This document shows, piece by piece, positions 43,823 to 52,763 of a stretch of 64,000 bases of DNA. Origin of the DNA: Abditibacterium sp. (GTDB lineage: Bacteria; Armatimonadota; Abditibacteriia; Abditibacteriales; Abditibacteriaceae); assembly GCA_965199495.1 (NCBI GenBank), contig CBDASK010000003.1, forward strand, positions 128,001-192,000, read 5' to 3'. The translations under genes and the position numbers were made by a program. Every line of letters starts with the position of its first letter. The first letter of the stretch is position 1. The notes under the pieces are model-generated. The model made no database searches. It worked only from the letters and a program-made list of their open reading frames with translations, and was not told the DNA's origin.

Positions 43823-44302
43823 ATGCAAAACAAACCTTCCGATAAAAAGACGAGTAGCGCGCCGCAAACTTTATGTCCAAGTTCCAACCCAGATAATTGG
43901 GACAACGGCATAATTTTCGGCGTTGTATTGGGCACGCCAGAGAAACCGGAAGTGATGTATCTTCCTGAACCGCAACCCGCTTCCGAAGCAATGTTGGCGC
44001 TTTCTGGCTCGGTTGAACCGGACGAGATTTTTCGTATCGCGTCGCCTTGCATAGGGAAAAAATGTGGTCATTTCGATGGTTCGCAATGCAGCCTTATCTC
44101 GAAAGCGGTGCAAATTCTACCTGCCGTCGTTGAGTCGTTACCTGCGTGCCGCATTCGTTCACGCTGTGAATGGTGGCACCAAGAGGGAAAAGAGGCCTGT
44201 CTTCGATGTCCACAAGTCGTAACATTGAACCCCAACATTCCAGCAAAGTTCAAGTCTTTGACCGTTGATGGCGTGAGAAACAAAGGAGAATCAGATGTTT
44301 GA
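43823..44302 (+). CDS. Cys-rich hypothetical protein (putative metal-binding)
   Basis: 'LCPS', 'PCIGKKCGHFDGSQCSL', 'CRIRSRCEWW.QEG..ACLRCPQV'. Confidence 0.75.
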   Translation: MQNKPSDKKTSSAPQTLCPSSNPDNWDNGIIFGVVLGTPEKPEVMYLPEPQPASEAMLALSGSVEPDEIFRIASPCIGKKCGHFDGSQCSLISKAVQILPAVVESLPACRIRSRCEWWHQEGKEACLRCPQVVTLNPNIPAKFKSLTVDGVRNKGESDV

Positions 44303-45512
44303 AGGAATTGCCAAACGCAAATTGGAAAAAGAAGTCGCACAATTGCTTGGAGAGAAAGGAGCCGCGTGGTGCCTCTCTCATCAACAAGTATGGAACGATT
44401 TGCTCCAAAAGCATCCCGCACAGAAACGAAGCATTGAGGCTTTACATAAATTTTTAGCGATAGACGGCTGGGCTTACTTGATTAATCTTCCCAATCCTGC
44501 GGCTGATAAAGCGGCGACTAAGCGCGTGGCAGAAATCCTCCAAAGCAAACAGTCGCTGGATGCGAAGACAGCGCAATGGGTAGCATCATGCTGGGCGAAT
44601 GCGATGGCACTGATATCGCCTGAGCAGCGTGCCGAATTTCCAAAACATCGTGCTTTCCTGATCTCGTGTTGGCAAGTCGCGTTTCCTAATGAAGCGGCGG
44701 CAATTCAAACGGAGGCAAAGAGAGTTCGGGAAATGGCAGTTTTAGCGGCTGAATCTGAGGCCCGCGCTCAAGCTGCGAGATTAATAGCGGCTGATCCACG
44801 TTGGGGTATGCCTGTGGAGCCTGTGGAAAAGATTTATCCAGGGGGTAATCTTATGCGGGAAGGAACGGAGGGGCGTTTAGGTGGCTTTTTTTCTGAGGAA
44901 CAGAAAAGGGATCATGCAAGAGAGGATGCTATTAAGCAGAAAGAAAAGGATGCAAACAAGGCAAGAGAAGAAGCAGAAAGGCCAGCAAGAGAGCGAGCAG
45001 AGCAAGAGCGTCGTGTAGAGCATTTTATACATCAAAAAATCGTATCCTCGTCTAACACAGGGGATACGCGCCTTGCCAGCGATAATGAGATTTGGCGTCG
45101 CATTCAAGTCGCGCCAAACCAAGCGGCGTTGCGCAGTAAATTAGAAGAAGTGGCAAAAGCCAAAAGGGAACAAGCTCGCGTTGTTGCCGAACGTCAACGC
45201 GCCGAGGAACAGCAAAAACAGAAGTTGCAATCTGAAGCGAATGAGCGTAGGCGAGTTGAGATAGAGAAGAGCAATCAGTTGAAAGCTCAAGCCGCCGAGC
45301 GTCAAAGAATCGAGATAGAGAAACGGAAAGCGTTGCAAGCCGAGGTGGACAAACGTTTGGCTCCGATTCGCGAAGCCGAAAATGAGCGTCGTATGCATCA
45401 GCGAGCTATAGAATATAAGCAGTCGAAGATTCAGAAACATCGTCAAAATTTCCCGCTTCAGTGCGTTGGCTTTAGTGATGAAGAAATTTGGGAACAAATC
45501 GAATGGCTTTGA
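44295..45512 (+). CDS. Hypothetical coiled-coil protein
   Basis: 405-aa ORF with AGGAG RBS, E/K/R/Q-rich helices; overlaps the upstream stop. Confidence 0.7.
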   Translation: MFEGIAKRKLEKEVAQLLGEKGAAWCLSHQQVWNDLLQKHPAQKRSIEALHKFLAIDGWAYLINLPNPAADKAATKRVAEILQSKQSLDAKTAQWVASCWANAMALISPEQRAEFPKHRAFLISCWQVAFPNEAAAIQTEAKRVREMAVLAAESEARAQAARLIAADPRWGMPVEPVEKIYPGGNLMREGTEGRLGGFFSEEQKRDHAREDAIKQKEKDANKAREEAERPARERAEQERRVEHFIHQKIVSSSNTGDTRLASDNEIWRRIQVAPNQAALRSKLEEVAKAKREQARVVAERQRAEEQQKQKLQSEANERRRVEIEKSNQLKAQAAERQRIEIEKRKALQAEVDKRLAPIREAENERRMHQRAIEYKQSKIQKHRQNFPLQCVGFSDEEIWEQIEWL

Positions 45513-45597
45513 TTTGTTCCCACAACGAACTACATCAAAATTGGCATTTGCTTTAGCGCGAAATTTTGTTATGCTTTTTGCTCAAGGAGAAACACAC

Positions 45598-45801
45598 ATG
45601 ACATTTACACGAAATTTGGTTTGGATTGGCGTCGTGGCTATTGGTTTAGTCTCGTTCGCAGGATGCGCTGACGAGCCAGTGAATCAATATGGAGAAACTG
45701 CGGCAGAAGAGAAACTCAACATACAAGCCGAACAAGAAGGCGCGCGTGATGGGAAAGCCTTAGCGAATCAAATGAAGTCCACGAGAGCAGACGGACAGTA
45801 A
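45598..45801 (+). CDS. Small lipoprotein
   Basis: AGGAG RBS; lipobox FAG-C; followed by a terminator. Confidence 0.7.
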   Translation: MTFTRNLVWIGVVAIGLVSFAGCADEPVNQYGETAAEEKLNIQAEQEGARDGKALANQMKSTRADGQ

Positions 45802-45826
45802 AAGATTACGCTTGGAAGTAATATTC

Positions 45827-45865
45827 AAAAGGAGCCGGGCCAACATCATTGGCTCGGCTCCTTTT
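45827..45865 (+). terminator. Intrinsic terminator
   Basis: aaaaggagccgggccaa-catca-ttggctcggctcctttt. Confidence 0.8.
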
Positions 45866-46097
45866 GCTTTTAAGCCGACTGAATTTGCGCGGCTAATTGT
45901 CAAGCAGCGTGGCCGTTGGGCAAACGCTTTATATGAGCGATGGCACGCAATACGGAACCGTCGTGGCTGGGGATGAGGCGCACCAATTTCCCAACGGCGC
46001 CGTCGAACCTGGCGTTTTGGTGGATTACGGCCCGCGCATTCCTGGCCAGCAAAATTGGTTGCCGACGCGCTCGGCGGAAAAGTTTGTTCAATAAAGC

Positions 46098-46358
46098 AAA
46101 TATCGCATTGCTTCGGCGCGCAAATTCGGTTGGGATTATTCGTCGGCGTCGCCCAATTTCATCACAATTAACGCGGGCGCGCAATCGCCGCCATTTGGTG
46201 CGCGGCGCGATGGCGAAATGTTTCGCAACGATTTGGGCGAAGCGGGCGCGCGCAATGGGATGTTGACGCGCGGTGAATGTGTCGGCGTCGCGTTCGATGA
46301 ATGGCAACCGCGCGGCGTGGCTGGTTGTTGGGGGCGGATATGGCAAACTTGGGGATAG
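46098..46358 (+). pseudogene. 5' remnant of a REP-associated tyrosine transposase (RAYT)
   Basis: Translates KYRIASARKFGWDYSSASPNFITI...FGARRDGEMFRNDLG...FDEW, the typical RAYT N-terminus; no start codon, no HUH motif. Confidence 0.7.
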
Positions 46359-46368
46359 AGGTTAAATT

Positions 46369-46593
46369 ATGTCTTTAAAAGAATTTGTCGCTCACGAAGT
46401 CGAAACTCTGGAAGAATCCGAACTGCGGGCGGTGGCGGAATATGTTTCGTTTCTCAAGTTTCGCGCGCGCACTTCGTTGGACGAAGAACGCCTGGCTTCG
46501 CTTTATCGCGAGTTCGAGGGGGAAGACCGCGAGTTGGCCGAAGCAGGTGTCGCGGATTATGCGGCGGCGCTTTCGCGCGAGGATTCGCAATGA
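46369..46593 (+). CDS. Antitoxin
   Basis: GAGG RBS; 'EDRELAEAGVADY' C-terminus; ATGA overlap with the toxin. Confidence 0.75.
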   Translation: MSLKEFVAHEVETLEESELRAVAEYVSFLKFRARTSLDEERLASLYREFEGEDRELAEAGVADYAAALSREDSQ

Positions 46594-46940
46594 CGGGGCG
46601 ACGCGGCGAGATTTGGTTGGCTAATCTCAATCCGATTCAGGGCAGCGAACAAGCGGGCGTTCGTCCCATTCTTATATTTCAGAACGACGCGATCAATCGG
46701 GCCATCGGCACGGCGGTTGTGATTCCGCTGACTTCTAATTTGCGGCGCGCGGCTTTGCCTTCGTGTGTTCAAGTCGCGCAGGGTGAAGGCGGTTTGACGG
46801 CAGAATCGGTTCTGTTGTGCCATCAAATGCGCGTGTTGGACGAATCGCGGTTGATTCGTAAATTGGGTAAAGTCAGCGCGCAGACGATGGGCGAGGTAGA
46901 AACTGGCGTGCTTTATACTCTGGGCATTCGCACAAGTTGA
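46590..46940 (+). CDS. PemK/MazF-family toxin
   Basis: 'RGEIWLANLNPIQGSEQAGVRP...VIPLTS...GL..ES..LC.QMR.LD'. Confidence 0.92.
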   Translation: MTGRRGEIWLANLNPIQGSEQAGVRPILIFQNDAINRAIGTAVVIPLTSNLRRAALPSCVQVAQGEGGLTAESVLLCHQMRVLDESRLIRKLGKVSAQTMGEVETGVLYTLGIRTS

Positions 46941-47265
46941 ACGAACGTTTGCTCAGTTCCGGTTTCTCATTCCGCCGTTTCAATCGCCTAACTTTCGTAG
47001 CCGACGAGACGAGCCACGGCGGCGGCACTGGCTTCGATTTCGGCGGGATGAGCTACGCCAAATTTAGAATGTTTGGTTTTCTATGAGGATTTCATTTTAA
47101 CGACACGACTATTGCCCCTTAAAATCTCTCAACATAGAACAGACATATTTATAAGTGAGTAATAATTACGAAGTTTCAAAGGTTGGGATAAGATTGAGAT
47201 ATCGCAGCGCACATTTAGCTAATCTCTGGATTACATGGCTTCAACGGTTGCGGTAAGGAGACAAA

Positions 47266-47469
47266 ATGACAATTAAAGATTTTGAGAAGGGAAACATATT
47301 GAACAGGGCTGCTGCTGGAATCACCGTCTGTTTAGCAGGTAGCCTGCTCATTTTCCTTGGCGATGGTCACGATAGCCTTGTGTCAAAGATGATTGTGGTG
47401 TGCGGCGTGGCTGTCACAATCGTTGGCCTTGGTTTTCTTCGTTACCTCACGTTTGAAAGGAAAAATTAG
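47266..47469 (+). CDS. Small two-TM membrane protein
   Basis: AAGGAG RBS; two hydrophobic helices. Confidence 0.65.
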   Translation: MTIKDFEKGNILNRAAAGITVCLAGSLLIFLGDGHDSLVSKMIVVCGVAVTIVGLGFLRYLTFERKN

Positions 47470-47558
47470 CGGAATACGACGCGAACCTTCCGCCGACAAA
47501 AGGTTTTCATGGCGTGCAGAAGCCGCTACACGCGTTTTGCTTCAACGCGAAATTTGGG

Positions 47559-47594
47559 AAGGAGTCGGGCGGGATAATTGGCCCGACTCCTTTT
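47559..47594 (+). terminator. Intrinsic terminator similar to 45827-45865
   Basis: aaggagtcgggc...gcccgactcctttt. Confidence 0.65.
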
Positions 47595-47653
47595 GGCTTT
47601 AGCGTGGCTGCGTGTGCGATGAAATCGCGCGGGTGCCGAAATATATCGCCGAT

Positions 47654-47766
47654 GTAGAGACACCGACTTGTTGTGTCTAAAATGTTGAATGTGCCGAAAC
47701 ATAACGCATTGAGCGATATGTCATCGAAATTACGACGTTTTAGACACGACAAGTCGGTGTCTCTAC
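47654..47766. repeat. GTAG-type REP doublet hairpin, family C copy 2
   Basis: gtagagacaccgacttgttgtgtctaaaa / ttttagacacgacaagtcggtgtctctac. Confidence 0.9.
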
Positions 47767-47928
47767 GGGGCGGCAACTCTCATAGCCCACAAGACGAGCC
47801 ACGGCGGCGCTGGCTGCGCTTTCGGCAACCGAAATTTTCTCCAATCCGCTTTTGACGATAACGCGCGAATTGACATTGATTTACAATTGGCGAGCCGCTC
47901 ATCTGAGAATCCTTTTATAATCTTTGGC

Positions 47929-48993
47929 ATGAACCCCCAATTTGTGAAGTCACAATTCATGCCCATGATCGGGATTGCGGCGATGCTACTCGCCACGTCT
48001 TTGATTGGCTCGACGGCCTCGGCTCAGAAGGTTTTGAGGTATTCCGACCATGAACCGCTGGGTGGAATGCGCACCAAATTCCTTAAAGACGTGTTTTTCG
48101 CGGCCATCGAAAAGGAATCGCAGGGCCGTCTGAAAGTCGAAGATCACTGGGATAGCACGGTTGCTACGGGCTATGATGCTCTGCGCGTGGCTGGTGAAGG
48201 GCAGGCTGCGGATATGGCTGTCGTCGTGCCCGAATACAAGGCCGAGGATCTGCCTTTGCACCAGATTTTCAAGAGCTTTCCCACTGGCCCGACCGGAAAT
48301 AAACAGGTGGAGTTTTTCCGCCGCGTCTATGCCGAAGTCCCGGATTTTTCGGCGGAACTGGCGAAAAATAATGTGGTCGAGGTCTTTCTGGCGACCGGCT
48401 ATCCCGTCGCCTTTTTCAGCAACCAACCCCTGAAAACACTCAAAGACATCAAAGGAGAAAAGTGGCGCTCCGCCAGTTTTTGGCACAAGGACGCTCTACA
48501 AAACGCGGGAGCGATTCCTATAACGATGCCCTGGGGCGAAGCAGTTTTCAAGGCTCTGCAAGACAAAACACTGGACGGACTGATGGTCAACGTGGACAGC
48601 GGATATATGCTAAATGTCCACACAGCCGCGCCCAATGTGCTATTATCCAAAGATTTATGGTTGGGCCATCTTTATATTGTGGCGATGAACCAAGAGACCT
48701 GGAATGGGCTGGCGCCAGAAGACAAAGCGGCCATTCAACGCGCCGCCGCAATCGCCTATAAGTCACTGGGCGATGTCATGGACAGCAGCTTCGACGCGAT
48801 GACCAAAGAGATGAAGCAGGAAGGCGTGAAACTTCGGTTTTTGAAGCGCAGAGAATTGAACGCGTGGGAGAAAGCGACCAAGTATCGTGAGATACAGGCG
48901 AATTGGGTGAAGGAGCAGCAAGGCAAAGGCGTGAAAGATGCTGGCCCTGTGATGGAAAAAGTCAGAGCGATTTTAAACGATTCCACTCGATAG
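47929..48993 (+). CDS. TRAP transporter substrate-binding protein (DctP family), orphan
   Basis: Signal peptide; 'IEKESQGRLKV', 'LKDIKGEKWRS', 'MPWGE.VF.ALQ..TLDG', 'MNQETWNGL..EDK'. Confidence 0.8.
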   Translation: MNPQFVKSQFMPMIGIAAMLLATSLIGSTASAQKVLRYSDHEPLGGMRTKFLKDVFFAAIEKESQGRLKVEDHWDSTVATGYDALRVAGEGQAADMAVVVPEYKAEDLPLHQIFKSFPTGPTGNKQVEFFRRVYAEVPDFSAELAKNNVVEVFLATGYPVAFFSNQPLKTLKDIKGEKWRSASFWHKDALQNAGAIPITMPWGEAVFKALQDKTLDGLMVNVDSGYMLNVHTAAPNVLLSKDLWLGHLYIVAMNQETWNGLAPEDKAAIQRAAAIAYKSLGDVMDSSFDAMTKEMKQEGVKLRFLKRRELNAWEKATKYREIQANWVKEQQGKGVKDAGPVMEKVRAILNDSTR

Positions 48994-49069
48994 ACTGCGT
49001 GAGACAACTCGGATTGCAACGCGCTGAATCAATTCTCTACAAATCAGGCGCGGCGAAACCAAAGGGAAG

Positions 49070-49212
49070 GGAAAATATCGCGTTGCTTCGGCGCGCAAAG
49101 TGGGCTGGGATTATGAGTCGGCGTCGCCCTATTCCATTACGCTCCACGCCTATGCCGAAACACGGAATTTGGTGTCCAGCGCGCGGGTGAGATGTTTCGC
49201 AACGGTTGTCAA
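49070..49212 (+). pseudogene. Second RAYT 5' remnant (frameshifted)
   Basis: GKYRVASARKVGWDYESASPYSITL, frameshift, then EFGVQRAGEMFRN; aligns with 46098-46230. Confidence 0.65.
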
Positions 49213-49424
49213 TGTTGCGACAAATTGGTGTCGCGCTTTAAAGCGCCTTTGAAGCAGACGTAACAGATGAGGCCCGAAATAATGAGTCTCGCGAGCGCGC
49301 CCAACAAACGGCTTACGCCGAATTCGTTGCCGAAGATGAAGGGGGAACTGCGCAGCAATTTCAGCAGAATGCCCAGAAACCAAAAGGCGGCCAAAGCGCC
49401 GACAATGATTTCGAGAATTTTCAT
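49209..49424 (-). CDS. Small two-TM membrane protein
   Basis: 71-aa hydrophobic ORF; purine-rich RBS region. Confidence 0.55.
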   Translation of the reverse strand: MKILEIIVGALAAFWFLGILLKLLRSSPFIFGNEFGVSRLLGALARLIISGLICYVCFKGALKRDTNLSQH

Positions 49425-49440
49425 GGGTTTTCTTCCCGGT

Positions 49441-49749
49441 TCAGCGCATCAAAAACGGCGCCGCCACGTCGCGCACGATCCAGATATTGAAGCCGTTGCA
49501 AACCAATAGCATCAACGCAGCCACGGGCACAGCAGCGACGAGCGAGATTTTGGCCGCGCGCACCAAGCGTGACGGATTGGGCAGCGCGCGATCCAGCGCC
49601 GTGGCTGCACTTAGCGCCCAACGTTGCGAGGGCGTGCGCATTGCGGCGAAATCAACGAGCGCGGCGCAACTCCAGCAGAAAAACGGCGCGCGGCCCTCGT
49701 CATCGAGATGCGTGAGTTGCGCGCAGTGGGGACATTTGCGAATCGTCAT
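49441..49749 (-). CDS. Zinc-ribbon-like small protein with C-terminal TM helix
   Basis: ATG at 49749; CPHC...CWSC; hydrophobic C-terminus. Confidence 0.65.
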   Translation of the reverse strand: MTIRKCPHCAQLTHLDDEGRAPFFCWSCAALVDFAAMRTPSQRWALSAATALDRALPNPSRLVRAAKISLVAAVPVAALMLLVCNGFNIWIVRDVAAPFLMR

Positions 49750-49765
49750 GGTTTGTTTTTCCGTC

Positions 49766-49986
49766 GTAATTTGCAATTTGGAAGCAAGAGCGGGGGCGTC
49801 CACACCCCTCTGGGCTTCGCCCATCTCCCCCTCCGAAAGGGGAGAATCGCTTTTACCGTTCATTTTTCGTGATAGTTCTGGCAATGTCGAGGGTTTGAGC
49901 GCCTTTCCCCCTCTGAAAGGGGGAGATGGGCGAAGCCCAGAGGGGGTGTGGACGCCCCCGCTCTTGCTTCCAAATTGCAAAATTAC
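49766..49986. repeat. Long palindromic element, family E
   Basis: tttgcaatttggaagcaagagcgggggcgtccacacccctctgggcttcgcccatctcccc / complement, each arm with an internal cccc..gggg hairpin. Confidence 0.9.
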
Positions 49987-50005
49987 AAACATATAATTCA
50001 ACACG

Positions 50006-51034
50006 CTATTTGCGCCCCGGCCAACTCTGCGCGCGATTCCAAAAATCGTCGTCTCGCCCGCCGTAATAATCGCTCAAAACTTCGTCCATCGCTTCCATCG
50101 TGCGCAGGGCGCTGCGGCCCGTCGAAAGCGCGACGCCCTGCCCGCGCAGTTCGTCCACGATGGTTTGCACCAAACGCCTGTGAACCGGTTGCGGCGCGCG
50201 ACCATCGAAAGTTTGCGCGCCGTTTTTCGATTCGACGAGGATGTCGTCGCCGCCGAAACACGACATCGAAAGTTTGGCCTTATCGCCGATAACTTCGATT
50301 TTATCTATGTTCTCACTCGCCGCGAAGTTCCATGCAGCCACGGCGGGCGCGCCCATCGCGATAAAGCTCATCGCAACGCTGTCTTCGACCTTAATTTCTG
50401 GCGTCGCAACGTTTTTGGCGTTGCCCGCGATGTTTTGAAGCGGGCCGAAAATGTAATCGAAAGCGTCCAATAAATGGCTGGCCAAATCGTAAAATAATCC
50501 GGCGCCCGCGCTTTCGGGCACCAATCGCCACGGCAAATTATCGGCGTCCAACGTTTCATCGCGCGGCAGAAACAAACGATAAGAAACGCCGGTTATCGCG
50601 CCCAATTCGCCTCTTTCGACCAAGCGTTTGGCGGTTTGAAAACGCTCTAATCCGCGCCGGTAAAAGCCGACGTAAAGCGGCACACCTGCGCGCTCGAATG
50701 CCTCGCACATCTGGCGCGATTCGGCGGCGCTGCGCGCCATCGGCTTTTCGACGTAACACGGTTTGCCCGCCGCCGCCACTTGCAGCGTGTAATGCAAATG
50801 CGTGTCGGGCGGCGTGGCGACGTAAACCGCATTGACATCAGGATGATTGATAACCTCGGCGGCGTTATCGGACGAAAATGGCACGTTGTGGCGGCGCGCG
50901 AAATCGGCGGCCAAATCGCCATCGCGTCGCATCACGGCGACGAGTTCCGAGCCGCCAGCCAGTTGAAACGCCGGGCCGCTTTTGATTTCACAGACATCGC
51001 CGCAACCGATGATGCCCCATTTGATAATTTGCAT
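50006..51034 (-). CDS. Gfo/Idh/MocA oxidoreductase
   Basis: 'WGIIGCG', 'VYVATPP', 'YVEKPM', 'DLASHLLD'. Confidence 0.92.
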   Translation of the reverse strand: MQIIKWGIIGCGDVCEIKSGPAFQLAGGSELVAVMRRDGDLAADFARRHNVPFSSDNAAEVINHPDVNAVYVATPPDTHLHYTLQVAAAGKPCYVEKPMARSAAESRQMCEAFERAGVPLYVGFYRRGLERFQTAKRLVERGELGAITGVSYRLFLPRDETLDADNLPWRLVPESAGAGLFYDLASHLLDAFDYIFGPLQNIAGNAKNVATPEIKVEDSVAMSFIAMGAPAVAAWNFAASENIDKIEVIGDKAKLSMSCFGGDDILVESKNGAQTFDGRAPQPVHRRLVQTIVDELRGQGVALSTGRSALRTMEAMDEVLSDYYGGRDDDFWNRAQSWPGRK

Positions 51035-51061
51035 ATTTTGTAAGGAGTCAGTTTTTCAGGC

Positions 51062-51193
51062 GTCATTTCGAGCGAAGCCGAGAAATCTTTCGCCCGCGCG
51101 GCAGCGCAGGTTCAAGAAACTTCGACGCCCAAGATAAACCGTGATCTCCGCTGGCGCGGGGCCGACAGCTTTCTCGGCTTCGCTCGAAATGAC
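51062..51193. repeat. Long palindromic element, family B copy 2 (inverted relative to copy 1)
   Basis: gtcatttcgagcgaagccgagaaa / tttctcggcttcgctcgaaatgac; inner ccgctggcgcggggccg shared with copy 1. Confidence 0.9.
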
Positions 51194-51239
51194 AAACGCG
51201 GGCCAAATGCGTAAATTCTGTCTCCTGCCTCCTGAAAAA

Positions 51240-51776
51240 CTATCCCAACCGCCGCCGATACAAAGCCAGCAAACCACAAATCGTTTTGGAATCGCGAATT
51301 TCGCCGCTATCAATCAACGGCAATAGTTCTTCCAGCGTCATCGGAATCAGATCGATGTTTTCGTCTTCTTCGGGTTGGGCGCCGACGAGTTTCAGGTCTT
51401 CGCCCAGAAAGCCATACATCATTTCGCTCGAATAGCCGGGCGCCAGATAGCATTGAAAAATCAGCGTGAGTTTTCCGGCTTCGTAACCGATCTCTTCGAT
51501 GAGTTCGCGGCCCGCACAATCGCGCGGGTCTTCGCCTTTTTCGATGCCGCCGGCGGGCAGTTCCCACAGATATTCCTGCACGGCGCTGCGCCATTGTTTG
51601 ATCATGCCAATTTTGCCGTCGGGCAAGATGGGGATAATGGAAACGGCGCCGCCGTGTTCCATAATTTCGCGTTTGGTGACGTTGCCGGACGGCAATTCGA
51701 TGGTATCAACGCGCAAATTGACGACTTTACCGTCGAAAATTTGCTCGGAAGAAAGGACTTTTTCGGGAGAGTTCAC
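51240..51776 (-). CDS. nudF: NUDIX hydrolase, ADP-ribose pyrophosphatase-like
   Basis: Nudix box 'GGIEKGEDPRDCAGRELIEEIGY'; 'KQWR', 'APGYSSE', 'DSKT'. Confidence 0.85.
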   Translation of the reverse strand: MNSPEKVLSSEQIFDGKVVNLRVDTIELPSGNVTKREIMEHGGAVSIIPILPDGKIGMIKQWRSAVQEYLWELPAGGIEKGEDPRDCAGRELIEEIGYEAGKLTLIFQCYLAPGYSSEMMYGFLGEDLKLVGAQPEEDENIDLIPMTLEELLPLIDSGEIRDSKTICGLLALYRRRLG

Positions 51777-51892
51777 AGGGGAAAGGATAGAAGATTAAGG
51801 TGCAATGATAAAGGGCAAAACGCGAAATCAATCGCGAGCAAAATGTTTTTCCTTCTCTTTATGCTTGCGCCTTAATCTTCTATCCTTTCCCC

Positions 51893-52618
51893 GTGCGACG
51901 TTTTCTCATTTTCACTGCACTCGCGGCGCTCATCATCTGGGGATTTATTTCATATAACGCGCGCGCCGATGGCGGATGGCACAAGCTCGATAGCGGCGTA
52001 GAAGTTCGCACGATTTCGCGTCGCTTTGGTTTGTCCACGCAAACCATTACGGCGGTGCGCGCGCCCGCCAATCGCGTTCATATCGCGAGCGGTTCGATTT
52101 TGCGCGCGTCCGATTGGATCAAAAATCGCGGCGCTATCGCCGCGATTAACGGCGGCTATTTCGACGAAAACAGCAAATCCATCGGTCTGCGCGTTTCCGA
52201 TGGCAAACGCACCAGCGAGTTTTATCCAAAAGCCAATTGGGGCGTTTTCACCATCCGCGACGGCAAAGCCGCGATCACGCACACGCGCGATTACAAAGGT
52301 TCGCCAACAACGCAACAGGCGTTGCAATGCGGCCCGCGCTTGGTCGTGAGCGGCAAAGTCACCGATCTGAAACCGCAGTCGGCGCGCCGTAGCGGCATTG
52401 GCATTGCGGCCAATGGCGACGTGATAATCGCCGTCTCCGATGGCGCGCTGTCGTTCGACGATTGGGCCAAACTCTGGGCCGACAAAAGCGGTTTGAATTG
52501 TCGCGATGCGCTCAATTTGGATGGCGGGCCGTCCACGCAATTAAGCGTAGTTTCGGCGAAAAATCCGGTCGACGTGCGCGGTGGCTGGCCGGTGCCGGAC
52601 GCGGTTGTGATTAAATAA
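51893..52618 (+). CDS. Phosphodiester glycosidase (NAGPA-like) family protein
   Basis: 'AINGGYF', 'GPRLV', 'RRSGIG', 'ALNLDGGPST'. Confidence 0.85.
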   Translation: MRRFLIFTALAALIIWGFISYNARADGGWHKLDSGVEVRTISRRFGLSTQTITAVRAPANRVHIASGSILRASDWIKNRGAIAAINGGYFDENSKSIGLRVSDGKRTSEFYPKANWGVFTIRDGKAAITHTRDYKGSPTTQQALQCGPRLVVSGKVTDLKPQSARRSGIGIAANGDVIIAVSDGALSFDDWAKLWADKSGLNCRDALNLDGGPSTQLSVVSAKNPVDVRGGWPVPDAVVIK

Positions 52619-52763
52619 GCCACAGAGGACACGGATGACGCACAGAAAAACACAGAGAGAACGAAGGAACCAAATTGAAGAGGAGATCGCTTTCTTCGAC
52701 TTTATATTTTCTTCGTTCTCTCTGTGTTTTTCTGTGCGTCATCCGTGTCCTCTGTGGCTTATT
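52614..52763. repeat. Long palindromic element, family D copy 2
   Basis: aataagccacagaggacacggatgacgcacagaaaaacacagagagaacgaag / exact complement; arms include both convergent stop codons. Confidence 0.9.

Noticed and set aside
45897..46094. 65-aa ORF as an intact gene
   Set aside because: TTG start without RBS immediately after a terminator; more likely a gene-end fragment and cannot be assigned.
43437..49990. Integron cassette array or prophage
   Set aside because: No integrase, no regular attC-like site after each gene, mixed orientations and no phage structural genes.
49750..50004. ORF extensions through palindromes (49441..50004, 49487..49996; likewise 1636..2223, 6925..7515, 28167..30290, 51056..51313)
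   Set aside because: They read through non-coding repeat elements or are antisense to real genes, and better starts exist downstream.
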